From contig CAYWWE010000002.1 in NCBI GenBank assembly GCA_964461785.1, forward strand, positions 3,609 to 67,608: a stretch of 64,000 nt of DNA, given 5' to 3'. Origin of the DNA: an uncultured Bacteroides sp. (GTDB lineage Bacteria > Bacteroidota > Bacteroidia > Bacteroidales > Muribaculaceae). Shown one piece after another: positions 1 through 8,935 of this stretch. Position numbers and translations under genes: made by a program. Numbering within the stretch: the first letter of the stretch is position 1; each line of letters opens with the position of its first letter. Below the pieces are notes generated by a model, which made no database searches, had not been told where the DNA came from, and saw only the letters and a program-made list of their open reading frames with translations.

Positions 1-1
1 T

Positions 2-1660
2 CGCGAAGTGACCGAGGGCACCGTGATTGCACTCAACAAGCGCGAGGCCGTTGTCAATATCGGCTACAAGAGCGACGGTATCATCCCCATCAACGAATTC
101 CGCTACAACCCCGACCTCAAGGTTGGCGACAAGGTAGAAGTCTATGTCGAGAATCCTGAGGACAAGAAGGGTCAGCTCGTTCTCTCCCACCGCAAGGCTC
201 GCGCAGCCAAATCATGGGAGCGCATCAATCAGGCTCTTGAAAACAACGAGATCATCAAGGGTCTTATCACCTCCCGCACCAAGGGCGGTATGATTGTCGA
301 CGTGTTCGGCATCGAGGCCTTCCTCCCCGGCTCGCAGATCGACGTTCGTCCGATCCGTGACTACGATATCTTCGTAGGCAAGACCATGGAGTTCAAGGTC
401 GTTAAGATCAATCAGGAATTCAAAAACGTGGTTGTCAGCCATAAGGCACTCATCGAGGCCGAGCTTGAGCAGCAGCGTCGCGAGATCATCTCCAAGCTGG
501 AGAAAGGTCAGGTTCTCGAAGGTACTGTCAAGAATATCACCAACTATGGTGTGTTCATCGATCTTGGCGGTGTTGACGGCCTCATCCATATCACCGATCT
601 CTCATGGGGCCGCGTAAGCCATCCCAGCGAGGTTGTGGAGCTCGATCAGAAGCTCAACGTCGTTATCCTCGAATTCGACAACGAGAAGAAGCGTATCGCT
701 CTCGGTCTCAAGCAGCTCATGCCCCATCCCTGGGATGCTCTCGATCCCGACCTCAAGGTTGGCGACAAGGTTCAGGGCCGCGTAGTTGTCATGGCCGAAT
801 ACGGCGCATTCGTAGAAGTTGCTCCCGGTGTAGAGGGTCTTATCCATGTAAGCGAAATGTCATGGAGCCAGCACCTCCGTTCGGCTCAGGACTTCATGAA
901 GGTTGGCGACGAGGTAGAGGCCGTGATCCTCACCCTCGACCGCGAGGACCGCAAGATGAGCCTCGGCATCAAGCAGCTCAAGAGCGATCCCTGGGAAAAT
1001 ATCGAGACCAAATATCCCGTTGGCTCACGCCACACCGCAAAGGTTCGCAACTTCACCAACTTCGGTGTATTCGTAGAGATCGAGGAAGGTGTCGACGGCC
1101 TCATCCATATTTCGGATCTCTCATGGACCAAGAAGGTTAAGCACCCGAGTGAATTTACTCAGATCGGTGCCGATATCGACGTTCAGGTTCTCGAGATCGA
1201 CAAGGACAACCGTCGCCTCTCGCTCGGCCACAAGCAGCTTGAGGAGAATCCCTGGGATGTGTTCGAGACAGTGTTCACTGTAGGTTCGATCCATGAAGGC
1301 ACAATCGTTGACCTCGTTGAGAAGGGTGCTGTTGTTGCTCTTCCCTACGGTGTCGAAGGCTTCGCTACTCCCAAGCACCTCGTTAAGGAAGACGGAAGCC
1401 AGGCCAAGGTTGACGAGAAGCTCAACTTCAAGGTCATCGAATTCAACAAGGACTCGAAGCGCATTATCCTCAGCCACTCACGCATCTTCGAAGATGAGGC
1501 TAAGAACGAGCGCAACGAAGCCCGCAAGGCCCGCAAGGCTGCTGCCGCCAACAAGCGTCAGTCAGAGGAGCCCGCACTTGCCGCTCCCGCCATCGAGAAG
1601 ACCACTCTCGGCGATCTCGCTGCACTTGCCGCTCTCAAGGAGAAGCTCTCTGAGAAGTAA
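2..1660 (+). CDS. rpsA: 30S ribosomal protein S1 (5'-truncated by window edge)
   Basis: Tandem S1 OB-fold repeats (YGVFIDLGGVDGLIHITDLSW, FGVFVEIEEGVDGLIHISDLSW); frame open to the window start. Confidence 0.98.
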   Translation, partial: REVTEGTVIALNKREAVVNIGYKSDGIIPINEFRYNPDLKVGDKVEVYVENPEDKKGQLVLSHRKARAAKSWERINQALENNEIIKGLITSRTKGGMIVDVFGIEAFLPGSQIDVRPIRDYDIFVGKTMEFKVVKINQEFKNVVVSHKALIEAELEQQRREIISKLEKGQVLEGTVKNITNYGVFIDLGGVDGLIHITDLSWGRVSHPSEVVELDQKLNVVILEFDNEKKRIALGLKQLMPHPWDALDPDLKVGDKVQGRVVVMAEYGAFVEVAPGVEGLIHVSEMSWSQHLRSAQDFMKVGDEVEAVILTLDREDRKMSLGIKQLKSDPWENIETKYPVGSRHTAKVRNFTNFGVFVEIEEGVDGLIHISDLSWTKKVKHPSEFTQIGADIDVQVLEIDKDNRRLSLGHKQLEENPWDVFETVFTVGSIHEGTIVDLVEKGAVVALPYGVEGFATPKHLVKEDGSQAKVDEKLNFKVIEFNKDSKRIILSHSRIFEDEAKNERNEARKARKAAAANKRQSEEPALAAPAIEKTTLGDLAALAALKEKLSEK

Positions 1661-1693
1661 GAATCCGCGTCAACAGTAAACGCACAATAAATC

Positions 1694-1735
1694 AAAGCCC
1701 GCACGGCCGAAGCAATTTCCGGCCATGCGGGCTTT
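1694..1735 (+). terminator. Intrinsic terminator of rpsA
   Basis: aaagcccgca...tgcgggcttt inverted repeat with inner ggcc/ggcc arms, T-rich end. Confidence 0.8.
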
Positions 1736-1766
1736 GCTTGTCACCGACTGTTTACGAAAAAATATG

Positions 1767-1774
1767 TATCTTTG
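1767..1774 (+). promoter_or_regulatory. Bacteroidetes -7 promoter element
   Basis: TATCTTTG matches TAnnTTTG, 31 nt upstream of ATG 1806. Confidence 0.65.
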
Positions 1775-1805
1775 CCGTAAATCACCGACATTAAGAAAAC
1801 GCAAT

Positions 1806-2012
1806 ATGGAACTTTACGAACTTCAAGCGATAATCCGTCAGCTTCGCGACGAAAAGGGTATGACACGAGACCAGATCAGACAGGAAATAGAACGAAGGAT
1901 AGAGGCGGAGACAGATGATGACGACTACGACGAGGTGGAGTGTGGCTACGACCGTCCGATAGCAGGTGTCCCTCTGCCCCCGATAGATATCATGATAGAT
2001 TCCTGCCTCTGA
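1806..2012 (+). CDS. Small hypothetical protein (68 aa, acidic tail)
   Basis: ATG after -7 element; MELYELQAIIRQLRDEKG...DDDDYDEVEC; the ORF-track start at 1725 runs through the terminator/promoter. Confidence 0.6.
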   Translation: MELYELQAIIRQLRDEKGMTRDQIRQEIERRIEAETDDDDYDEVECGYDRPIAGVPLPPIDIMIDSCL

Positions 2013-2114
2013 TGGAAGAGGCGGGCACGTGGAGTGATTGTGAAAATTTTTTTGATTTCTCACAAAAGTTTTCATAAATTTACGACCTGAAAACAGACCT
2101 TTAATCATACCAAT

Positions 2115-3221
2115 ATGAAAATCGGAATACCAAAAGAGATTAAGAACAACGAAAACCGTGTGGGAGCTACTCCATCGGGCGTGAAAGAGCTCGTGGCTCA
2201 CGGCCATGATGTGTATGTGCAGCACACAGCAGGCGAGGGCAGCGGATTTGCCGATGAAGAATATGTAGCTGCCGGGGCCAAGATCCTTCCTGCAATAGAA
2301 GATGTCTATGGCATAGCGGAGATGATAATAAAGGTGAAGGAGCCGATCGAGCCCGAATATCATCTGATCCGCAAAGGTCAGGTGCTTTTCACCTATTTCC
2401 ATTTCGCGTCTGACCGCGCGCTGCTTGACGCCATGCTCGCCTCCGGATCTATCTGCATAGCCTATGAGACAGTCACCGACCGCGACCATCGTCTGCCTCT
2501 GCTCATACCGATGAGCGAGGTTGCCGGAAGGATGTCGATTCAGGAAGGCGCGCGATTCCTTGAGAAGCCTCAGGGTGGCCGCGGAATACTCCTCGGCGGC
2601 GTGCCCGGCGTCAAACCCGCCAAAGTGCTTGTGCTCGGTGCCGGTGTCGTTGGCCGCAATGCAGCCCTGATGGCTGCCGGCCTCGGTGCCGACGTTACGC
2701 TCACAGATATCTCGCTTCCCACTCTTCGCCACTGTGCCGAGGTGATGCCGCGCAATGTCAAGACGCTCTACTCCTCGCGCCACAACATCGAAAGCGAGCT
2801 CCCGACTACTGACCTCGTAATCGGATCGGTACTCGTTCCCGGTGCCAAGGCTCCTCATCTCGTGACGCGCGACATGATCAGCCTCATGCGTCCCGGCAGT
2901 GTGATGGTCGATGTTGCGATCGATCAGGGCGGATGTTTCGAGACCTCACACCCCACGACTCACTCTGAGCCCACATTTGAGATCGACGGAGTGATCCAGT
3001 ATGCTGTTGCAAATATTCCCGGCGCTGTGCCCTACACATCGACCCTCGCTCTGACCAATGCCACGATGCCCTACGCCCTCCGTCTTGCCGACAAGGGCTG
3101 GAAAGCTGCCTGCGCTGCTGATCCCGGTCTGGCCCAGGGTGTCAATGTCGTTGATGGCAAGATCACATTCAAGGCTGTTGCCGAGGCTTTTGACCTTGAA
3201 TATACTCCGCTGAGCCTCTAA
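2115..3221 (+). CDS. ald: Alanine dehydrogenase
   Basis: [22 protein letters not shown] Rossmann motif, [18 protein letters not shown]. Confidence 0.97.
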   Translation: MKIGIPKEIKNNENRVGATPSGVKELVAHGHDVYVQHTAGEGSGFADEEYVAAGAKILPAIEDVYGIAEMIIKVKEPIEPEYHLIRKGQVLFTYFHFASDRALLDAMLASGSICIAYETVTDRDHRLPLLIPMSEVAGRMSIQEGARFLEKPQGGRGILLGGVPGVKPAKVLVLGAGVVGRNAALMAAGLGADVTLTDISLPTLRHCAEVMPRNVKTLYSSRHNIESELPTTDLVIGSVLVPGAKAPHLVTRDMISLMRPGSVMVDVAIDQGGCFETSHPTTHSEPTFEIDGVIQYAVANIPGAVPYTSTLALTNATMPYALRLADKGWKAACAADPGLAQGVNVVDGKITFKAVAEAFDLEYTPLSL

Positions 3222-3251
3222 TCGGCCCCGCACAATCGGGTAAAAAAAGAT

Positions 3252-3300
3252 TTCCGGCAGGACATCGCCCCCAATCATGAGGGAAAGTGTCCTGCCGGAA
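3252..3300. terminator. Bidirectional terminator between ald and prs
   Basis: ttccggcaggaca...tgtcctgccggaa 13-bp stem flanked by A- and T-tracts. Confidence 0.8.
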
Positions 3301-3327
3301 TAATTTTCTTTTAATGGATCAGTCCGT

Positions 3328-4272
3328 TTACTTGAAAAGGTACTGCGAAGAAATGGACTGGTTGTTGTGTACGCGCGAGATGGTGTCGGCAAACATGCGG
3401 GCCACTGAGAGAACAGTCACTTTCGGGCACTCCTTCTTGTAAGGGATCGAATTGGTGAAGATCATCTCGATCATGTCGGAGTTGTTGATGCGTTCGGTGG
3501 CGGGATCACTCATGATGGCGTGAGAGGCGAGTGCGCGGACCGACTTGGCGCCTTTGCTCATGAGGAGGTCGGCAGCCTTGGAGATGGTGCCTGCGGTGTC
3601 TACCATGTCATCGATGAGGATCACGTTCTTATCCTTGACGTCGCCGATTACGGTCATGTCAGCAACCACATTGGCGCGGGCACGCTGCTTGTGGCAGAGC
3701 ACGAGGGGGCAGTCAAGATATTTGGCATAGGAGTTGGCGCGCTTGGCTCCGCCTACGTCGGGTGTGGCGATGCAGAGGTCGGGAAGATTGAGCGACTTGA
3801 TATAGGGGATGAAGACCGACGAGGCGTAGAGATGATCAACAGGCACATCAAAGAAGCCCTGAATCTGATCGGCGTGGAGATCCATAGTGATGATGCGGTC
3901 TACACCGGCAGCGGTGAGGAGATTGGCAACGAGCTTGGCACCTATCGAAACACGGGGCTTGTCCTTGCGATCCTGACGTGCCCAGCCGAAGTAGGGCATG
4001 ACAGCTATGACGGAGTGGGCCGATGCGCGCTTGGCAGCGTCGATCATAAGGAGAAGCTCCATGAGATTGTCGCAGTTGGGGAATGTCGACTGGACAAGAT
4101 ATACTTCGCAGCCACGGATGGGCTCCTCGAAGGACACCTCAAATTCGCCGTCGGCGAAGTGGGTGATGTTCATTTTGCCGAGTTCGATACCGAGCTCGCG
4201 GCAAATCTCTTCGGCCATGTATTGTGACTTGCTGCCGGAGAAAATCTTGATAGGATGGATGATGGATTTCAT
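3328..4272 (-). CDS. prs: Ribose-phosphate pyrophosphokinase
   Basis: FADGE, PYFGWARQDRK, DLHADQIQGFFD, LIDDMVDTAGT. Confidence 0.98.
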   Translation of the reverse strand: MKSIIHPIKIFSGSKSQYMAEEICRELGIELGKMNITHFADGEFEVSFEEPIRGCEVYLVQSTFPNCDNLMELLLMIDAAKRASAHSVIAVMPYFGWARQDRKDKPRVSIGAKLVANLLTAAGVDRIITMDLHADQIQGFFDVPVDHLYASSVFIPYIKSLNLPDLCIATPDVGGAKRANSYAKYLDCPLVLCHKQRARANVVADMTVIGDVKDKNVILIDDMVDTAGTISKAADLLMSKGAKSVRALASHAIMSDPATERINNSDMIEMIFTNSIPYKKECPKVTVLSVARMFADTISRVHNNQSISSQYLFK

Positions 4273-4311
4273 ATCTCGGGAATGAATGAAAAATCAGGTT
4301 TGCAAGGTATA

Positions 4312-6033
4312 TTATCTGGACCCTTCGTTGGGAAATCGCCAGACAACAGCGTTGTATGGCCGGAGGAAAGTGTGGAAAGGGGTGTCGGGTGAGAACACTT
4401 TCTTTTCTTTCTCGCCGGTGATCAGTTCGGTGGCCAGGCAAGGAGTGTCGTCGGCCTTTATGCCAAGCACTTCAAATGCGTGCGCAGGGATATTGATGCG
4501 CAGGTCGGCCGACTCCGAGCCGAAATTGACGGCAACGAGGAGGGTCTCTGTAGACGAGGAGCGCAGGAAGGCATACTGCCGGTGAGGGTCAAACGATGGA
4601 TTTTCGTAGTTGACATACATAAGATCGAAGAAGCGGCCTTCCGTGATGGCTTTCTGCGATGCTGCTATCTGGAGTATGTTGATATACTGACCGCGGAGCC
4701 ATTGCTCGCGAGGGGTAAGATGCTCGGACGAGGGGCATCCGGGGCCATCTCCGGTGAGCCAGCGGCGTATCGTGCCGACGCTCCAGTAGTCGAAAATCGT
4801 TGTTCGCCCGTCGCGGCCCGAATATCCTTCCTCGTCGGTGCCTGACTCGCCTAATTCCTGTCCCATATATATCATCACGGGACCAGTGTTGATCATTGAC
4901 GAAACAACGAGAGAGGGAATGATCTTGGCAGGATCTCCGGCATACTGGGGTGAGGCAAAACGCTGCTCATCATGATTTTCAAGGAAGTTGAGCATGTGAT
5001 TGCCCAATCCCTCGGTCTGCTGCCAGCAAGATGTGAGTGCTGCTGCCGACACTGAGCCGGTCTGGATGGCACGCAGGGTATCATAGAGCCCCGACTTATC
5101 ATAGAGGTAGTCGAATCCGCCCACCGTTATGAACGGGCGGTAGAGATGCAGGTCATAGAGCTCGGCAATGAATATTATGCCGGGATATTCCGCCTTGATC
5201 TTGCCGATAGCCCAATGCCAGAACTCGAGGGGCACCATGTGGACCATATCGCAGCGGAATCCGTCGACACCCTTCGATGCCCAGAAACGCAGGATATGAT
5301 ACATCTTCTCCCATGTGGAGGGTATGGGGTCGAAATGGCGTGAGCCGTTGGCCGGGTCAACACCATAGTTGAGTTTGACGGTGTCATACCAGTCGTTGCG
5401 CGACGGGAATGCGTTGTAGCAATCATTGCCGGAGGCTTTGGCCGGAAATTCGACATAGGCTTTCTTGCCTTCGCCGAGATCTACATCATACGGGGCAAAG
5501 AGCTGCCGGGTGATGTAGTAGAAATTATTGGCGGGCGAGAAAAACATATCGGTGTTGTCGCCGGATCCGAGATCGCCGGGAGCGTCGGCAGGAGCCGAAT
5601 CCGAGGCATAGCGCCGGGCAACATGGTTGGGCACGAAATCGATTATGACTTTAAGGTCGGCCTGATGGGTGCGGGCAACCAGCTGCTCGAACTCCGACAT
5701 ACGCCCGGCCGGGTCGACTGCCAGATCGGGATCTATATCATAATAGTCACTTATGGCGTAGGGAGAGCCTGCCTGACCCTTGACGACGTATGGATTGTCA
5801 GGAGTGATGCCGAAGGCAGAGTAGTCGGGGCAATGGGCGTGTTCGATGACTCCGGTATACCAGACGTGACTGACCGAGAGCTCCTTGATTCCCTTAAGGA
5901 TCTCGGGAGTGATGTCGGCGAGTTTTCCGCAGCCGTTTTCCTCGATTGTTCCCGATGGTATGCATTCCTCGTTGTAGTTGGTAAACAGTCGGGGGATCAG
6001 TTGGTAGATGACTGGCTTGCGGGAATGATTCAT
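4312..6033 (-). CDS. GH13 alpha-amylase family glycosidase
   Basis: DFVPNH, GFRCDM (nucleophile), IAELY (acid/base), NHDE. Confidence 0.9.
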   Translation of the reverse strand: MNHSRKPVIYQLIPRLFTNYNEECIPSGTIEENGCGKLADITPEILKGIKELSVSHVWYTGVIEHAHCPDYSAFGITPDNPYVVKGQAGSPYAISDYYDIDPDLAVDPAGRMSEFEQLVARTHQADLKVIIDFVPNHVARRYASDSAPADAPGDLGSGDNTDMFFSPANNFYYITRQLFAPYDVDLGEGKKAYVEFPAKASGNDCYNAFPSRNDWYDTVKLNYGVDPANGSRHFDPIPSTWEKMYHILRFWASKGVDGFRCDMVHMVPLEFWHWAIGKIKAEYPGIIFIAELYDLHLYRPFITVGGFDYLYDKSGLYDTLRAIQTGSVSAAALTSCWQQTEGLGNHMLNFLENHDEQRFASPQYAGDPAKIIPSLVVSSMINTGPVMIYMGQELGESGTDEEGYSGRDGRTTIFDYWSVGTIRRWLTGDGPGCPSSEHLTPREQWLRGQYINILQIAASQKAITEGRFFDLMYVNYENPSFDPHRQYAFLRSSSTETLLVAVNFGSESADLRINIPAHAFEVLGIKADDTPCLATELITGEKEKKVFSPDTPFHTFLRPYNAVVWRFPNEGSR

Positions 6034-6066
6034 AGTCGGTGTCAGGAATTATAAACGGGTTAAGGT

Positions 6067-6852
6067 TTACAGTTTCAGATTGGAGGAGCGGAGGGCTTTA
6101 ACTGCGGCGTCATAGCCGGCAGAGAATACATGTTCGGTCTGGGAGAGGTCAAAGACCTTATAATCGGCAATATCGTCAAAGGATATGACCATGTCGCAAA
6201 GCGCCATATCGGTCACGGCATTGCTCTTGGCAACGATGTTATACGATTGGATCGCGGTGTCGATGATGTTGTTGCGCGACTTGTCACGCGCCCGCATGGG
6301 TGAGCAATTGATTCCTATCAGGTACTTGCACTCCCTGCGGATGGCCCATGCCGGAAGATTGTGAGTAAGGCCGCCGTCGACATATTTGGAGCCGTTCATT
6401 TCGGCCGGCTGGAAAACGATAGGGATTGAGCAGGATGCTGCCACGATCTCAGGCACTGATCCCTTGCGAAATGACTCGGGCAGACCGGTATCGAAGTTGG
6501 TCACTCCCACCACCGTGGGGATCGGCATATCTTCGAGATTTCTCACGGGAATGGTTTCGGAGAGGAATTTCCTGAACCTGTCGAGACTGAAAAATCCTCC
6601 GTGAGGGACAGTAAATTCGGTGAGATCATTGAACTTGGCATTATCAAATGATTCAAGGATCTCCCGGGGATGCAAGCCCGCCGAATACATGGCGGCAACA
6701 ACTGAGCCGGCAGATACTCCGGCAATGATGTCGGGGCGGATTCCGGCCTGCTCAAGAGCCATAAGAGCTCCTGCGTGGGCAAATCCTCGCGCACCGCCCC
6801 CTGATAGGGCGATACCGATCCTGTGGGTAGATTTGGTAAACAGGCTTAGCAT
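6067..6852 (-). CDS. Patatin-like phospholipase
   Basis: GGGARG, GVSAG, DGG motifs; start moved to ATG 6852 downstream of TAATTTTG at 6879-6886. Confidence 0.92.
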   Translation of the reverse strand: MLSLFTKSTHRIGIALSGGGARGFAHAGALMALEQAGIRPDIIAGVSAGSVVAAMYSAGLHPREILESFDNAKFNDLTEFTVPHGGFFSLDRFRKFLSETIPVRNLEDMPIPTVVGVTNFDTGLPESFRKGSVPEIVAASCSIPIVFQPAEMNGSKYVDGGLTHNLPAWAIRRECKYLIGINCSPMRARDKSRNNIIDTAIQSYNIVAKSNAVTDMALCDMVISFDDIADYKVFDLSQTEHVFSAGYDAAVKALRSSNLKL

Positions 6853-6940
6853 TGAAGGGCCGAAATGTTTTATGACTGCAAAATTACAAAAGTTTCCCGA
6901 CATAACGCAATATGTCATGGATTAAGCGCAGTCGGCGAGA

Positions 6941-7330
6941 TCACTTATGTGAGAAGCGCCCCAGAATCCACGCGCCTGAGGCGGCAGCCACACCAATGGC
7001 ATCGGCATAGAAATCGGCTCTTTCAGCCTGGCGGCCAAGTCCCATTCCCCGCTGCAGGATCTCGATCAGGGCTCCTGAGCCCATTCCGGCACAGATGATA
7101 AGGACGAGCAGGAAGAAATTGAGGCGTCGCCGTCTGAACGCATCCGACAGCACTACAACGGTCATCCCGCCAAACATAAGTGCATGGGCCATCTTGTCGG
7201 CTCCAACCCAGAAAGTCCATTTATTTGAGGGCATGGGGTCGGGCGAAAGGGTAAGCCATGCAAGCAGTGCAATCGCGATAAATGAGGGCAGATAGCGGAG
7301 CGGTCCCGAAAATAGTGATTCTACTGTCAT
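6941..7330 (-). CDS. VanZ-like membrane protein
   Basis: ADKMAHALMFG, IEILQ, DFYADAIG motifs; hydrophobic helices. Confidence 0.85.
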   Translation of the reverse strand: MTVESLFSGPLRYLPSFIAIALLAWLTLSPDPMPSNKWTFWVGADKMAHALMFGGMTVVVLSDAFRRRRLNFFLLVLIICAGMGSGALIEILQRGMGLGRQAERADFYADAIGVAAASGAWILGRFSHK

Positions 7331-7349
7331 TGATGCTGAGCGTTGGAAA

Positions 7350-8429
7350 TCAATATATTTTTGCGGCTTCGGCTTTCATGGCAGAGTCAACCTTGGTCTC
7401 GGTGTGTCTGTTCGTTGCCCCGGCAGTTGTATCGGATTCCGCGTTGTGGGTGTTGAAATGATGGCGCGGAAGGGTGACATACGGACGCAGGGCCATTCTC
7501 ATTGCAGGGAAATCAATCAGTAGATCCTGGGTGAAGACATTGAGGGGATTGAGGGCGTATGGTTCCTCTCCGTTGTCGCTGTAGAATGCTTTCTGCGAGC
7601 CTGCGCGGTTGCCTACTTCTACCCACACGTTGTCTGATTTTGCGGGGAATGTGCCCAACGGCGAAATGAGTGAATCATCCGACAGTCGACGGCGCGAAAG
7701 CCCGGCGCGCGACATAGGGAGTTTTACGGCGATGTTGCGCAGTCCTGTGTCGATGAAATATGCATCGGTGACATTGTCAACTTCCAGATCAAGGTAGAAG
7801 CGCTTGCCTGGCCAGATAAAGTGGGAGGGCCAGAAAGAGGGGTGGAAACTGGCAAAGTCCTGATATCCGTCGGGACGCGAAGCGTGAAGTCGGATAAGCT
7901 GATCGGCATAGAGATATTCTACCATAAAATTCTGAAGTATATCTATTCCGATGGTCGAAGGGACTTCTTTGTCATCGACGAGCACAAACTCTGCTCCGGT
8001 AAGGATATTGTCTTGTCCGGGAATCCGTCGGTTGGTGTATCCCGATCCGGTGGAATCCGGGGTGGTGGTGACAAATTCAAGCGGCAGATCAATTACATAG
8101 CGCGTTGACGATACTGCCATATCGCCAACAGCGTTGCGGCCTATGACCGGAAGATTTTTTTCAGTTATTTTTACGCCATGCGATCTCAGTTTCTCCAGAT
8201 CTTCAGGGGAGATACAGGAGATGTCGCTTCCGGTGTCGAGCTTGAATATGATTCCGTCTGCAACTTCGACCTGTAGAGGCGATGTGGCAACAACCGGGAG
8301 CGACGCAATTATGTCGGTTTCATGAGCAGGCGCGATATCGCTTTGGGTGTCGAGTGAATGTAATGCGAACACAAGCGCTGTCACGACCCCCAGAAGACAC
8401 AATATCGTTACTTTAATCTTCCGTTTCAT
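7350..8429 (-). CDS. Putative secreted/anchored aspartyl protease with two retropepsin-like domains
   Basis: N-terminal hydrophobic segment; FKLDTGS and YFIDTG motifs; IGIDILQ after first domain; ATG 8429 downstream of TATCTTTG (8439-8446). Confidence 0.6.
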   Translation of the reverse strand: MKRKIKVTILCLLGVVTALVFALHSLDTQSDIAPAHETDIIASLPVVATSPLQVEVADGIIFKLDTGSDISCISPEDLEKLRSHGVKITEKNLPVIGRNAVGDMAVSSTRYVIDLPLEFVTTTPDSTGSGYTNRRIPGQDNILTGAEFVLVDDKEVPSTIGIDILQNFMVEYLYADQLIRLHASRPDGYQDFASFHPSFWPSHFIWPGKRFYLDLEVDNVTDAYFIDTGLRNIAVKLPMSRAGLSRRRLSDDSLISPLGTFPAKSDNVWVEVGNRAGSQKAFYSDNGEEPYALNPLNVFTQDLLIDFPAMRMALRPYVTLPRHHFNTHNAESDTTAGATNRHTETKVDSAMKAEAAKIY

Positions 8430-8599
8430 AATGTGATACAAAGATATGTATCATTGATGAAACGACAAAATATGATGCAATTTTGTAATAAAATTGACAA
8501 ATTATTATAGGAGATCATGCCATCGTGGGCGGAACAAAAGAGAGTCCGGAGCTGTTGTACTATAATCGAATGTTTAATCTAATAAAACACACCGAAGAA

Positions 8600-8851
8600 A
8601 TGACACATCCTGAAACAAGCGACCGTCTGAGCTATGAGGAAAAGAAAGAGTTGCCCGACAGCGTGTTCGGACTCCCCGAGCGACGTGAATACCCTATGCC
8701 CGATGCGGCTCATGTGAGGGCTGCCGAGGCTTATTTCCGTTATTGTCCCGAGGATCTTAAGCCGCGTCTGGCAAGGGCAATACTCCAGCGAGCAAAGCAG
8801 TTCGGGGTCGATGTTGAAAGCCCCACCATTCTTTCATACGCCTCCGAGTAA
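8600..8851 (+). CDS. Small hypothetical protein (83 aa)
   Basis: ATG in A-rich context; LSYEEKKELPDSVFGLPERREYPMPDAAHVRAA motif. Confidence 0.7.
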   Translation: MTHPETSDRLSYEEKKELPDSVFGLPERREYPMPDAAHVRAAEAYFRYCPEDLKPRLARAILQRAKQFGVDVESPTILSYASE

Positions 8852-8935
8852 GTCTCTTTTTGAAGAAAGATATGACAAAGGCTGCCGACCGCAATCGCGG
8901 GGCAGCCTTTGTCAATGTCATGGTGTGTGGAGAAA

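Noticed and set aside
1791-2858. Long antisense ORFs (also 3520..4227, 10700..11632, 33404..34141, 46633..47511, 52014..52787, 59678..61024)
   Set aside because: They lie opposite well-identified genes; this is expected shadowing from GC-rich codon usage, and they carry no motifs.
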